Source: Acidobacteriota bacterium
GTDB lineage: Bacteria; Acidobacteriota; Blastocatellia; Pyrinomonadales; Pyrinomonadaceae
Reading direction: 5' to 3'
Length of the DNA stretch: 64,000 nt
Assembly: GCA_003223935.1 (NCBI GenBank)
Contig: QHXQ01000039.1
Span: forward strand, 2,535 to 66,534
Made by a program: the position numbers and the translations under genes. Position 1 is the stretch's first letter, and every line of letters starts with the position of its first letter. The notes under the pieces were generated by a model, which was not told where the DNA came from, did no database searches, and saw only the letters and a program-made list of their open reading frames with translations. Below are positions 27,195-36,611 of the stretch, piece by piece.

Positions 27195-28373
27195 TTAAGT
27201 CACCGTGTCGTCGGCGCTGCCCTTTTTGAACGTGACGCGCACGAGTTGGCGCGTCAACAGACGCATGATGCCGCCGGGCGCGATGGCGCGAATGAAGGCA
27301 TAAGCCACGCGCGGCGGAATCGTCATGCCGCGCGGCACGAGCACGTATTCGCTCTCCCACCAACTTGGCACGAACTTGGCCTTGAAGCGGCGCACGCCCG
27401 CGAAGTTGTAGAATGTGCCCAACCGCGCAGCCATCATTTGCAGCACGCGCTCAACCTGCCGGTGCTCGCCCGGCGAGATGTCAACGCCGTCCGGCGCTAA
27501 AGGCGATGTGCCGAGCGTGGCCAACCCAGCGCCTTCTGCGCGCAACTGCCGGAGCGCCTCGACCACTAAGAGATCGGCCGTGCCCGTCGGCGCGTCGGGC
27601 ACGCGCAGCACATCTTCCAGATACCAACCGTCGCGCGCAGGGATCGCGCTTGCGGCGAGCAGCCCGACCAAGCGGCCTTTCTGATCGCGTGCGGTGAAAA
27701 ATCTTTTGTGCGCGGCGTGGCGGAAGGGATCGAGCGCGAGCAACCAACCGAAACTTGTGACCGCGCGGCGCGTGCGCAGCCAACGTTGACAGAGTTGCAC
27801 GGTCTCCTCTCTGAGTTTGTCCGTAACTGTATCAACGACGGTTACAGTTACGCCGGCTCGTTGCGCTTGATTCACGCCGCCACGCATCTTCTTGGCGCGG
27901 TCGCCACGCGGATTCCAAGACTTCAGATCGAAATACGGCGTTGCTCCGGCCTTCACCGCGATCAATCCGGCTGCCGCAGCTTGGGCCGCAAAACGCGCGG
28001 ACGTGGGAATGAAGGCCGCGATCTTTTTGCGTCGTCTGGCGGCGATGACGAACCGGCGTGCGAGTTCGCATACTTCATCTTCGTGCGCCATCGGGTCGCC
28101 TGCGGCCAGCCACACGCGGCCGAACTCGCCGTAGATGATCGCGCCGTCAAGCTCAGGCACAGACCAGACTTTCGCGCCGGGGGCAATGCTCACAAGCGAG
28201 TGCTCGTTGTAACCGTAGAGCGTTTGCAGGCGCAGCAACTCGCCGGTCGGGTCGGGCACGTGCGTGCGCGCGGCCCGCGCCAGACGCAGACGCAAGCGCG
28301 CATAACGCACGCCGTAGCTTGCACTGCCTGCGGCCAGCCACCAGAGATCACGGGCCGGAATATGGGGATGCAT
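27195..28373 (-). CDS. Stand-alone DUF2156 / MprF C-terminal (aminoacyl-phosphatidylglycerol synthase-like) domain protein
   Basis: 392 aa. Motifs: LQTLYGYNEHSLVSIAPGAKVWS...GAIIYGEFGRVWLAAGDPM and C-terminal FKAKFVPSWWESEYVLVP, typical of LPG_synthase_C from memory. No flippase TM domain. Confidence 0.7.
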   Translation of the reverse strand: MHPHIPARDLWWLAAGSASYGVRYARLRLRLARAARTHVPDPTGELLRLQTLYGYNEHSLVSIAPGAKVWSVPELDGAIIYGEFGRVWLAAGDPMAHEDEVCELARRFVIAARRRKKIAAFIPTSARFAAQAAAAGLIAVKAGATPYFDLKSWNPRGDRAKKMRGGVNQAQRAGVTVTVVDTVTDKLREETVQLCQRWLRTRRAVTSFGWLLALDPFRHAAHKRFFTARDQKGRLVGLLAASAIPARDGWYLEDVLRVPDAPTGTADLLVVEALRQLRAEGAGLATLGTSPLAPDGVDISPGEHRQVERVLQMMAARLGTFYNFAGVRRFKAKFVPSWWESEYVLVPRGMTIPPRVAYAFIRAIAPGGIMRLLTRQLVRVTFKKGSADDTVT

Positions 28374-28388
28374 GTCGTCTTGCCTCAG

Positions 28389-29336
28389 TTAAAAATTCCA
28401 AGCGAGGGCTGCGCCGTAAGCGCGCTCACGGCGGTCGTAGCGCGGCGCGATGAGCGGCCAACGTTTTGCGCGTGCATGTGCAAGCGTGTCGCCGCCGTCG
28501 CCCATGCTTGGATTATGGTGCGTGCGATAGACGTAACGACCGATGCCGTAGCCGAGTGCGCTGCCGATCAGTATGTCAGAAGGAAAATGATTGCGCCCCG
28601 TGTAGCGCGCCACACTCACCGCGCTGGCGAGACCATAAGCGACCACTTGGACGAGCGGCCGACCTCTGTATTCTTGTGCGACGACGGTCGCCACAGACCA
28701 AGCTGAGATAGCGTGCCCGGACGGGAAAGAGCTGCCGCCGGTGAAAAATTCGCCCGCGTCAGGACGTGCGCGCGGCCGCCGCCGCTCGGTGGCGAGCTTG
28801 AGTGCGCCGACGACTATCTGGCTATCAATCAAAGCTTCGCCGGCGAGCAGTCCCGTCTCGCGGGCGCGCTCGTCATGGCGTACACGACCATAGAGATAGA
28901 AGGCGGCGGCGATGCCGCCTGTGCCGTAAGCCGAACCGAGACGGCTGACGCTTCGGCTCACGTTCAAGCGTGTGCGGTTATCGTTGAGCGCTTCGGCCGC
29001 CTCTTGATCGGTGACGAAGAGCGCGCCCGCGCCGAGTCCGAGCGGCAAGAGCCAATGCGCATCGCGGTTGTGCAAGCGAAACGGCGCAGTCCAGATGGCG
29101 CGCTGGTCGTGCAAGATATTTTTGAAGAACTGTCGTTCGAGCGACGGCGTGGGCGCAGCTTGCGGCGACGGCGTGGGCGCGGGTTGCGTCTGTGCGTGCG
29201 CGATGGCGGTGGCAAACAGCAATGCGACGAGCGGCAGTGCGCGCAGGAGTCGGTTGGCTCGCGCGCCATTCGAACCAATACGTTGATTGCGCAAGGCCCG
29301 CGTTGAAACAGCGGCGGTCTGCTGTAAGCAGCTCAT
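28389..29336 (-). CDS. PAP2 superfamily lipid phosphatase
   Basis: 315 aa. Acid-phosphatase motifs: KLATERRRP, FPSGHAISAW and RYTGRNHFPSDILIG. Confidence 0.85.
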   Translation of the reverse strand: MSCLQQTAAVSTRALRNQRIGSNGARANRLLRALPLVALLFATAIAHAQTQPAPTPSPQAAPTPSLERQFFKNILHDQRAIWTAPFRLHNRDAHWLLPLGLGAGALFVTDQEAAEALNDNRTRLNVSRSVSRLGSAYGTGGIAAAFYLYGRVRHDERARETGLLAGEALIDSQIVVGALKLATERRRPRARPDAGEFFTGGSSFPSGHAISAWSVATVVAQEYRGRPLVQVVAYGLASAVSVARYTGRNHFPSDILIGSALGYGIGRYVYRTHHNPSMGDGGDTLAHARAKRWPLIAPRYDRRERAYGAALAWNF

Positions 29337-29339
29337 TTT

Positions 29340-32300
29340 TTAATCCTCCATTTTCGTCGGCTCGCGTCTGAGCAGCGCATAGACCGTCGGCGTCACGACG
29401 AGCGAGAGCAACAGCGCCACGGCGAGACCGCCGATAACGGCGATGGCGAGCGGTTGCAGCAACTCTGCGCCCGAACCGATGGCGAGCGCAAGCGGCAGCA
29501 TGCCGAGTATGGCCGCGAGCGAAGTCATGAGCACGGGCCGGAAGCGACGGCGACCTGAACGCAAAAGCGCCTCACGCAAGGTGTCGCCCGCCTGCAAATG
29601 ATCTTCAACCGCGTCGAGCATCAGGATGCCGTTCTTGGCCACGATGCCGACGACCATGATCATGCCCATGAAGGAGACGACGTTGAGCGTCGTGCCCGTA
29701 ATGAACAGACCGAGCAGCACGCCTGCGAGCGCAAGCACCGCGCCGGCCACAATCGAGACGGGATGCGCGAACGAACGAAACTCGATGAGGAGTGTGATGA
29801 AGACTAACACGACGGCCAAGATGAGCGAGATGGCCAGTTCACGAAAGCTCGCCTGCTGTTCGCCGTAGAGGCCACCATACTCGACGGTCATGCCGGGCGG
29901 GAATTTTACGTCTTTCGCTAACTGCGTCTTGATCTGGCCGATGACTGTGCCGAGGTCGCTGCCTGTGATGCGTCCCGTCACAGCCACAGTTTGTCGCAAG
30001 CCCTCGCGTGCGATCTCGGTCTGCCCTTTGTCGTAGTCCACATCGGCCACTTGATCCACGCGAAAGAGCACGCCGGTCGCAGACCGAACTTGCAGCGCGC
30101 GCAGGGCGTCGAGCGACGTGCGCAACTCTGCGGGGAAGATGACGCGGACGGTGATGAGCCGATCTTGTTGGAGAATTGATGACGCGGCGTCGCCGGACAT
30201 GGCGGTCGTGACCGTGTTGGCTACGTCTGTGGCCGTCACGCCGAAGCGTGCGGCGCGTTGCGGATCGATCTGAAAGGTCACGGCCGGGCCGCTCACGACC
30301 ACGCCGTTTTTAGTGTCCACAACGCCGGACACTTTCTTGATCGCCTCTTCGACTTCGCTGGCCTTCTCGTGCAGCGCCTTCGTGTCTTCGCTGAACAGTT
30401 TGATCTCAATTGGTTCGGGCGAACTGGTCAGGTCGCCGATCATGTCGGACAGAATGCCGACGAACTCAATCTCCAGACGAGGCTCTGACGCTTCGATCTG
30501 TTTGCGCAGATCGTCCATCACTTCTTCGGTCGCGCGCTTGTGGCCGGGTTTGAGCTTGACGGCGAAGTCGCCTCTGTTCGGCTCGGTGGTGAAGAGTCCC
30601 AACTCTAAGCCTGTGCGCCGCGAAAAGCTTTCGACCTCCGGCGTCTTATTCAGCAAATCTTCGACGTGATTGAGCATGCGGTCAGTCTCCGTGAGCGACG
30701 AGCCGGCGGGTGCCCAATAATCAAGGACGAAGGCGCTCTCATCAAACTCCGGTAGAAACTCCGAGCCGAGCGCGCGATAGAGCACGTAGGAACCGGCGAG
30801 CACGCAGACGATGAGGACGAGCACCAACGAGCGATTATCGAGCGCGTGGCCGAGCACCCACTCGTAGCGCCTGATGATCGCGCGCAGGAATGGGCCGCCT
30901 TGCGCTTCCCCCTCCTCAAGCGCATCGGCGCGCGTCTTACCATCGCGCCTGCCATGCGGCGCACGCACTTCATCTTCGTCTGCGTCATCTCTCCGCTTCG
31001 CTTTGACGAAACGCTCGGCCAGCACGGGCGTGAACGAGAGCGCCAAGACGAGCGAGGTCAGGAGCGCCACGGACATTGTGAGCGCGAGCGAGCGAAAGAA
31101 GACGCCGGTGACGCCCGTCAATAGCGTCAACGGCAGAAAGACCACGACGGGCGTGATGGTCGAGCCGATGATCGGCACGGTGATCTCAGAGACCGCGCTC
31201 TCGACAGCCGCACGGCGCGACTGCCCGCGCGCGATATGCGTGAAGATATTTTCGACCACCACGATGGCATCGTCAATCACCAACCCGATAGCCGCCGCCA
31301 CGCCGCCCAGCGTCATCAGATCGAAACTCAAACCGGCAAGCCACATTGCGAGGAAGGTGACGAGGATCGTGACCGGGATCACGAGAATGGCGACGAACGT
31401 CGTGCCCCAGTTGCGCAGAAAGGCGTAGAGGATGACGACCGAAAGCAGCAGCCCGATGATGATCGAGTCGCGCACAGATTTCTGCGACTCGCGCACGAGC
31501 AGAGACTGATCGTAATACGGCTTGATCACAATATCTTTCGGCAACTGCGGGCGTATGGCGGCCAACTCGGCCTTTACTTCATCCACGACCGCGACCGTGT
31601 TGGCATCGGGTTGGCGGTTGATGTTGAGCAGCACGGCCGGCTGCCCGTCAGCCGTGACGATGGTGTATTGCGGCTCGACGCCTGCGCCGACGGTCGCAAC
31701 GTCTGCGAGCGTCACGGGCGCATTATTGACCGTAGCGACGACGATGCCGTTCAACTCTTCTGGCTTCTGCGCCTGTCCGCTGATGAGCGCGAGTTCGAGT
31801 TGATGGTTCTCTTCGATCAGTCCGGGCGAGGCGATGATGTTCGAGTTGTGCACCGCATCAACGACCTGCTGCACGGAGACGCCGTGCGCCGTGAGCCGCG
31901 CGGGATCAACGCGGACGTGATACTCGCGCACCTTGCCGCCGGCCACGCCCACAGACGCGATGCCGGGCAGACGCGCGAGGCGCGGGCGGATCATGTAGGT
32001 CGCAATGTCGCGCAGGCTCGCTTGGTCGCGCGCGGTCGAAGTGAGGCTGTAGCCCGTCACCGGAAAGACGGCGAACGTCAAACGCTCGACGTTGCGAATC
32101 TCGGCGGTCGGCGGCAGCGTGGCAGAGAGTTGCGACAGGCGCGCTCGGACGAGTTGCAGCGCCTGTCGGATATCAACGTTCCAATTAAAGAAGAGACTGA
32201 TCTCGGAAGCGCCGCGCGAGGTCTTCGACCTGATGTGCGCGATGCCGGGAATACCGTTCATCGCCTCTTCAATCGGGCGCGTGACCGAGACGAGCGTCTG

Positions 32301-32471
32301 CGGCGCAGGCACGACGCCGTTGTCAACGATGATGACGATGCGCGGGAAATCCGTTTCCGGGAAGATGGCGATGGGCAGTTGCCACGCGGCGTAGAGACCG
32401 GCAGCGCAGAGCAGTGCGACGACGACGACGACCGCGCGCTTTTGGTTGGAGATGGTGCGGGCAAGGCTCAT
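29340..32471 (-). CDS. RND family efflux transporter permease (AcrB/CzcA superfamily)
   Basis: 1043 aa with 12-TM RND topology. N-terminus VVVALLCAAGLYAAWQLPIAIFPETDFPRIVI. Conserved TM4 region: GGVAAAIGLVIDDAIVVVENI. Its start overlaps the upstream MFP gene stop. Confidence 0.9.
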   Translation of the reverse strand: MSLARTISNQKRAVVVVVALLCAAGLYAAWQLPIAIFPETDFPRIVIIVDNGVVPAPQTLVSVTRPIEEAMNGIPGIAHIRSKTSRGASEISLFFNWNVDIRQALQLVRARLSQLSATLPPTAEIRNVERLTFAVFPVTGYSLTSTARDQASLRDIATYMIRPRLARLPGIASVGVAGGKVREYHVRVDPARLTAHGVSVQQVVDAVHNSNIIASPGLIEENHQLELALISGQAQKPEELNGIVVATVNNAPVTLADVATVGAGVEPQYTIVTADGQPAVLLNINRQPDANTVAVVDEVKAELAAIRPQLPKDIVIKPYYDQSLLVRESQKSVRDSIIIGLLLSVVILYAFLRNWGTTFVAILVIPVTILVTFLAMWLAGLSFDLMTLGGVAAAIGLVIDDAIVVVENIFTHIARGQSRRAAVESAVSEITVPIIGSTITPVVVFLPLTLLTGVTGVFFRSLALTMSVALLTSLVLALSFTPVLAERFVKAKRRDDADEDEVRAPHGRRDGKTRADALEEGEAQGGPFLRAIIRRYEWVLGHALDNRSLVLVLIVCVLAGSYVLYRALGSEFLPEFDESAFVLDYWAPAGSSLTETDRMLNHVEDLLNKTPEVESFSRRTGLELGLFTTEPNRGDFAVKLKPGHKRATEEVMDDLRKQIEASEPRLEIEFVGILSDMIGDLTSSPEPIEIKLFSEDTKALHEKASEVEEAIKKVSGVVDTKNGVVVSGPAVTFQIDPQRAARFGVTATDVANTVTTAMSGDAASSILQQDRLITVRVIFPAELRTSLDALRALQVRSATGVLFRVDQVADVDYDKGQTEIAREGLRQTVAVTGRITGSDLGTVIGQIKTQLAKDVKFPPGMTVEYGGLYGEQQASFRELAISLILAVVLVFITLLIEFRSFAHPVSIVAGAVLALAGVLLGLFITGTTLNVVSFMGMIMVVGIVAKNGILMLDAVEDHLQAGDTLREALLRSGRRRFRPVLMTSLAAILGMLPLALAIGSGAELLQPLAIAVIGGLAVALLLSLVVTPTVYALLRREPTKMED

Positions 32472-33913
32472 GGCTCGTCCTTCTGGTCGGCGGCCTTCTT
32501 CTCCTTATCACCTTTCTCGTCCGACTCCGGCTTCTCCCCTTCGCTCACTTCAACCTTCATCCCATCGGGCAGCGCATAGTTGCCTTCGATGATGACAGTC
32601 TCGCCCGCTTGCAGGCCTTCTGTGATTTCAAGCTTATCGCCCGCGCGAATGCCGACCGTCACTTTATGTTCGTGCGCGACCGACTTTTCGTCAACGACCA
32701 TCACCGTGCCTTCGTTCGCGTTGCTCGCGTCGAGCGTGACGGCCGAAGCGGGCACAACGAGCGCATCCGTTTTCGAGTTGGTCGAGATAGTGACCTGCGC
32801 TGCGCCGTTCGCGCGCAGCCGCCCGGCTTCATTCGCCAGCGTGACCCAGACTTCGACCGTGCGACTGGTCGGATCAGACGCGCGACTGATGAGCGTGATC
32901 TGCCCGTGCATCGCTTCGCCGGGCAGGTCGGTCGGCAGCACGGCGGCCGTGTCGCCCAACTTCAACTGCGCGGCGACCGTGTCGGCAAACGGCGCTTTGA
33001 CGATCACTTGACTGATGTCTGCGATGTCAACGATCTTCGTGCCCGCCGCCGCGAAATCGCCTTGAAACATAAACTGATCTGTGACGACGCCCGTGAACGG
33101 CGCGCGGATGAGCGCGTAGCCCATCTGCGCATCGAGCGCGCCGAGATGCTGCTCGGCTTGATTGACGCGCGCGGCCGCCTGTGCGCGTTCGTTCGGATTG
33201 AGCGCGCTCGTGCGCAAAGCGATTGTTTGCTCCGCGAGTCGCAGGTCGTCCTGCGCTTTGGTCAGTTCGAGTTGCGACTGCTCAAGCTCTTTCTTCGAGA
33301 TGCCGCCCTTTTGATAAAGAGCAAGTCGGCGGTCATAAGTTGCTTGCGCGTTGGCGACGGCGGCGCGGGCGTCGCGCAGGGCTTTTTGATCCTGCGCGTT
33401 GTTCTGCGGGATCGTGCCGGTGACGGTGCTGCGCTCGCCTGCGCGCGCTTCGCCGAGCGCGGCGGCAGCCTCTTGGCGTTGCGACACAAGGTCGCGCGAT
33501 TCGAGCACGGCGAGCACTTCGCCCGCTTGCACGACCTTATTCTTCAAGAGCGACATCTGCTTGATCTGCGCGCTGATCTTCGGCGCGACGCTCGCCTCCT
33601 GATGCGGAAAGATCGTGCCGAGCGCCGAGACCTGCGCGGCAATCGCTTGCTGCTCAACTTTGGCCACGCGCACGCTGACGACCGGCGCAGTCTCTTCTTC
33701 AGTTGTCGTGGTTGTTCGGCGCTCGCGCCAGACGAGCGCGCCGACGAGCAAGATAACGAGCAACGCGAGCGCTGAGACGATCAGGAGTTGTCTGCGTCTG
33801 CGTCGTTGCCCATCAGCCGCAACAACTTCCGTCGCTTTGATCGTCAGCGTTCGCTGCGCTGTCTGCTGCGCCCCGTCTGCTGCACCTTTGTGTTCCGCCG
33901 GTTCGTCGTTCAT
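32468..33913 (-). CDS. RND efflux periplasmic adaptor (MFP/HlyD family)
   Basis: 481 aa. TM anchor, coiled-coil hairpin, then lipoyl and beta-barrel motifs (IRAPFTGVVTDQF and VVPASAVTLD). Overlaps both neighbours by 4 nt. Confidence 0.85.
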   Translation of the reverse strand: MNDEPAEHKGAADGAQQTAQRTLTIKATEVVAADGQRRRRRQLLIVSALALLVILLVGALVWRERRTTTTTEEETAPVVSVRVAKVEQQAIAAQVSALGTIFPHQEASVAPKISAQIKQMSLLKNKVVQAGEVLAVLESRDLVSQRQEAAAALGEARAGERSTVTGTIPQNNAQDQKALRDARAAVANAQATYDRRLALYQKGGISKKELEQSQLELTKAQDDLRLAEQTIALRTSALNPNERAQAAARVNQAEQHLGALDAQMGYALIRAPFTGVVTDQFMFQGDFAAAGTKIVDIADISQVIVKAPFADTVAAQLKLGDTAAVLPTDLPGEAMHGQITLISRASDPTSRTVEVWVTLANEAGRLRANGAAQVTISTNSKTDALVVPASAVTLDASNANEGTVMVVDEKSVAHEHKVTVGIRAGDKLEITEGLQAGETVIIEGNYALPDGMKVEVSEGEKPESDEKGDKEKKAADQKDEP

Positions 33914-35439
33914 CGTCCTGCCGCCTGTCGGAGGCGCGCGAGCGCCGTCTGGTAATCGAAGATCGCTTGATAGAGGGCCGCGCGTTGCGCCGCCAGCGTC
34001 GTCAACGCATCCGTCACTTCGATGATCTGCGCTTCGCCCGCGCGATAACGCGCGATGGAAGCGTCGAGGTTGCTCTGCGCTTGCGCTAACCCAGTGCCGG
34101 CCAATCTGATGCGCGTGGCGGCCGACACAGCCTGCGTACGCGCCGTGTAGAACTGTTGCGCGAAGCCGCGCAGAGCTTGCAGGCGTTGCGTCTCAGTAAG
34201 CTGCGCACGCAACTGCGCCTGTCGTTCGCGGCTACGGCTTGCGCCGAAGTCGAAGATCGGGATCGAAAGGTTGAATGCGGCGGCGACGCCCGTGTGCTCT
34301 TTCAAACGCACCGGCTTTACGGAATCGGTATCGAAGCCGCCGCTCAACGAGTAGGAGAGTTGCGGCAGACGTTCCGCGCGCGCGACGCGCACATCCTGCT
34401 CGGCCGCGCGCCGCTCGGCCTCGAACTGCGCGAACTCAGGCCGGCGCGCGATCATGTCGGCGGTGTACTGTTCAATCTCGCCGGTCGCGGGCAGCGCCAC
34501 AGACAGATCGCTCGCCGTGATCGGCTGCGTGAAATCGTAGCCGACGAGCACGCGCAAGGAATCGGCGGCGACCATTTCCTCAGCGCGGGCCTTCTCTAGT
34601 TCATCGCGCCGCGTCGTCGTCTGCACCTGCGCGCGGATCAGATCAACGGGCGCAACTTCGCCGCCCGTCAACAGCAGGTTTGTGATCCGCTCGAACTCTT
34701 CAGCCGCGGCCAAGTTCAACTCCGCCGCGCGGCGCTGAGCAGTGGACAGAGCCAAGCCGTAGTAAGCCGCGACGACCGCTTGATTGAGCGCACGACGCGC
34801 GACCTCTGTGCCCGCGTGCGCGGCGGCGAGCAACGCGCGATTGCGCTCAAGCGTGGCGCGCAGACGGCCGGCGATGTCAACGTCGCCCGCGACGTTGACC
34901 AGACTTTGATACTCGCCGATGGCGTTCGCGTTGATAAAACTCTGCGTGCGCGGCTCGCCCGGTCGCAGACCAATCAGTGGCGAGGTGTAGATGTAGGCGT
35001 TGGGGCTGGTCACGCGCGGCAAGAACGCAACCTGCGCTTGCCGCACGTCTTCGGCCGCGATGCGTTCGTTCAACTGCGCCTGCGTGTAATCGGATGCCGC
35101 CACGCCGGCCAGACGGAGCGCTTCGTCGAGCGATAGCGCGCCGTTGGCTTGCATCGGCGTCTGCGTTATCAACGATGTCGGGGGCAGCGCGGGAGTTGTC
35201 GGCGAAGAGGCGGGCGCGGCCGGACTCGCAATGGGCGATGCGCTCGGTGGCGACGCGGGCTTCGTCTGCGGTGGCTGAATGGTTGGCGTCTGGGTTGGCT
35301 GCGCGGGCGGCGGTTGACCCGGCACAGACTGTTGGCTATGCACACCGCGAGCCGCCACCGTCGCGAGCGCAACTGCCAGCACGAACTTCACGAAATGGAG
35401 TGGGGGCGACCATCGCGTTTCGCTGATCGGGAGTTCCAT
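33910..35439 (-). CDS. TolC family outer-membrane efflux protein
   Basis: I place the start at ATG 35439 (MELPISE...FVLAVALATVAARGVHSQ). The longer track start would overlap the PepSY gene. Two TolC repeats with typical LSLDEALRLA... and ...AQRAALYQAIFDYQTALARL. Confidence 0.85.
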   Translation of the reverse strand: MELPISETRWSPPLHFVKFVLAVALATVAARGVHSQQSVPGQPPPAQPTQTPTIQPPQTKPASPPSASPIASPAAPASSPTTPALPPTSLITQTPMQANGALSLDEALRLAGVAASDYTQAQLNERIAAEDVRQAQVAFLPRVTSPNAYIYTSPLIGLRPGEPRTQSFINANAIGEYQSLVNVAGDVDIAGRLRATLERNRALLAAAHAGTEVARRALNQAVVAAYYGLALSTAQRRAAELNLAAAEEFERITNLLLTGGEVAPVDLIRAQVQTTTRRDELEKARAEEMVAADSLRVLVGYDFTQPITASDLSVALPATGEIEQYTADMIARRPEFAQFEAERRAAEQDVRVARAERLPQLSYSLSGGFDTDSVKPVRLKEHTGVAAAFNLSIPIFDFGASRSRERQAQLRAQLTETQRLQALRGFAQQFYTARTQAVSAATRIRLAGTGLAQAQSNLDASIARYRAGEAQIIEVTDALTTLAAQRAALYQAIFDYQTALARLRQAAGR

Positions 35440-35458
35440 GCGATTTGTCAAAAGCGCG

Positions 35459-35839
35459 CTAGTGCTTCCGATGCGACTTGTAACTGCGCACCTCGGCTCG
35501 CTTCTCCGCCGCTTCCTGTCGCTTGTTTTCGTGTTCGACGCGCACGATTCTACCAGTGATGGCGCTGACCTGCACCTCTGTGATCGTGCCCTTTGCGTTG
35601 CGTATATCGAACGAATAGACGAGCCGGCCGTGCTCACGCTCCAACTCGCCGCTCTCGACCTTGCCCGGTGCGCGCTTGAGCGCCGTCGCGCGCGCCTCCT
35701 CCATCGTGATCTTCGTTTGGCTCTGAAGCGCCTTGCGCCCGTTCTGCCCTTGCGCGACGTGGTACGGGCCGGCGGCGATGATGCCGGTCACACAGGCCGT
35801 CAACAACAACCCGCACATGAAACCGCATACTCTTTTCAT
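35459..35839 (-). CDS. PepSY domain-containing secreted protein
   Basis: 126 aa. Signal/lipoprotein-like N-terminus MKRVCGFMCGLLLTAC. PepSY core: ITMEEARATALKRAPGKVESGELEREHGRLVYSFDIRNAKGTITEVQVSAITGRIV. Confidence 0.75.
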   Translation of the reverse strand: MKRVCGFMCGLLLTACVTGIIAAGPYHVAQGQNGRKALQSQTKITMEEARATALKRAPGKVESGELEREHGRLVYSFDIRNAKGTITEVQVSAITGRIVRVEHENKRQEAAEKRAEVRSYKSHRKH

Positions 35840-35957
35840 CTATCACACAACTCCCTGTAGCTTTTAATTCATTTGCGCCGGAGAGACTTAAACGGCAGAA
35901 ATATACCGGGTGCAACCTTAATGGAAGATTAAACCGCGCCGGGAAGATGGGCGAGTT

Positions 35958-36611
35958 TTAGATCAGCCCCAACTCTTTAGCTTTGAGGGCCGCCTGTGTC
36001 CGGTCGCGCACGGCCAGCTTGCCGAGGATATTCGTGACGTGATTCTTGACCGTCCCTTCGGCCAGAAAGAGCGCGTGGGCGATCTCTCGATTGCTCGCGC
36101 CCGTGGCCAGCAGGCTGAGTATCTCGCGCTCGCGTTGCGAGAGCGGTTCGATTAAAGTCTGTGCGTGCGCCGCCGGCTTATTGGTCAGACGCGCGAACTC
36201 CGCGACCACTTTCGCCGCCACCGAAGGTTGCAGAAAAGATTCGCCGCGCGCCGCCACCCGAATCGCTTCGCCCAATTTCTCCGACGGCGCATCCTTCAAC
36301 AGATAACCGACCGCGCCGGCCCGCAAGCCGTCGAAAACTTTTTCGTCGTCGTCAAACGTGGTCAACACGATGACCCGGCAATCGGGTTGTTCCGCGCGCA
36401 GTTGTCGTGTGGCCGCCACGCCATCGAGCACAGGCATCTGTAAATCCATCAAGACAACTGCGGGCTGGAGCAGGCGCGCGAGTCTGATCGCTTCTGCGCC
36501 GTTGCCCGCTTCGCCGACCACCGCGAAATCGGCTTGCACCGAGAGCAACGTGCGCAAGCCCTCGCGAAAGAGCGGCTGATCGTCCACGAGCAAAATTTTG
36601 ATCGGCCTCAT
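35958..36611 (-). CDS. NarL/LuxR family two-component response regulator
   Basis: 217 aa. REC domain: ILLVDDQPLFREGL...VVLMDLQMPVLDG. LuxR HTH: LSQREREILSLLATGASNREIAHALFLAEGTVKNHVTNILGKL. Confidence 0.95.
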   Translation of the reverse strand: MRPIKILLVDDQPLFREGLRTLLSVQADFAVVGEAGNGAEAIRLARLLQPAVVLMDLQMPVLDGVAATRQLRAEQPDCRVIVLTTFDDDEKVFDGLRAGAVGYLLKDAPSEKLGEAIRVAARGESFLQPSVAAKVVAEFARLTNKPAAHAQTLIEPLSQREREILSLLATGASNREIAHALFLAEGTVKNHVTNILGKLAVRDRTQAALKAKELGLI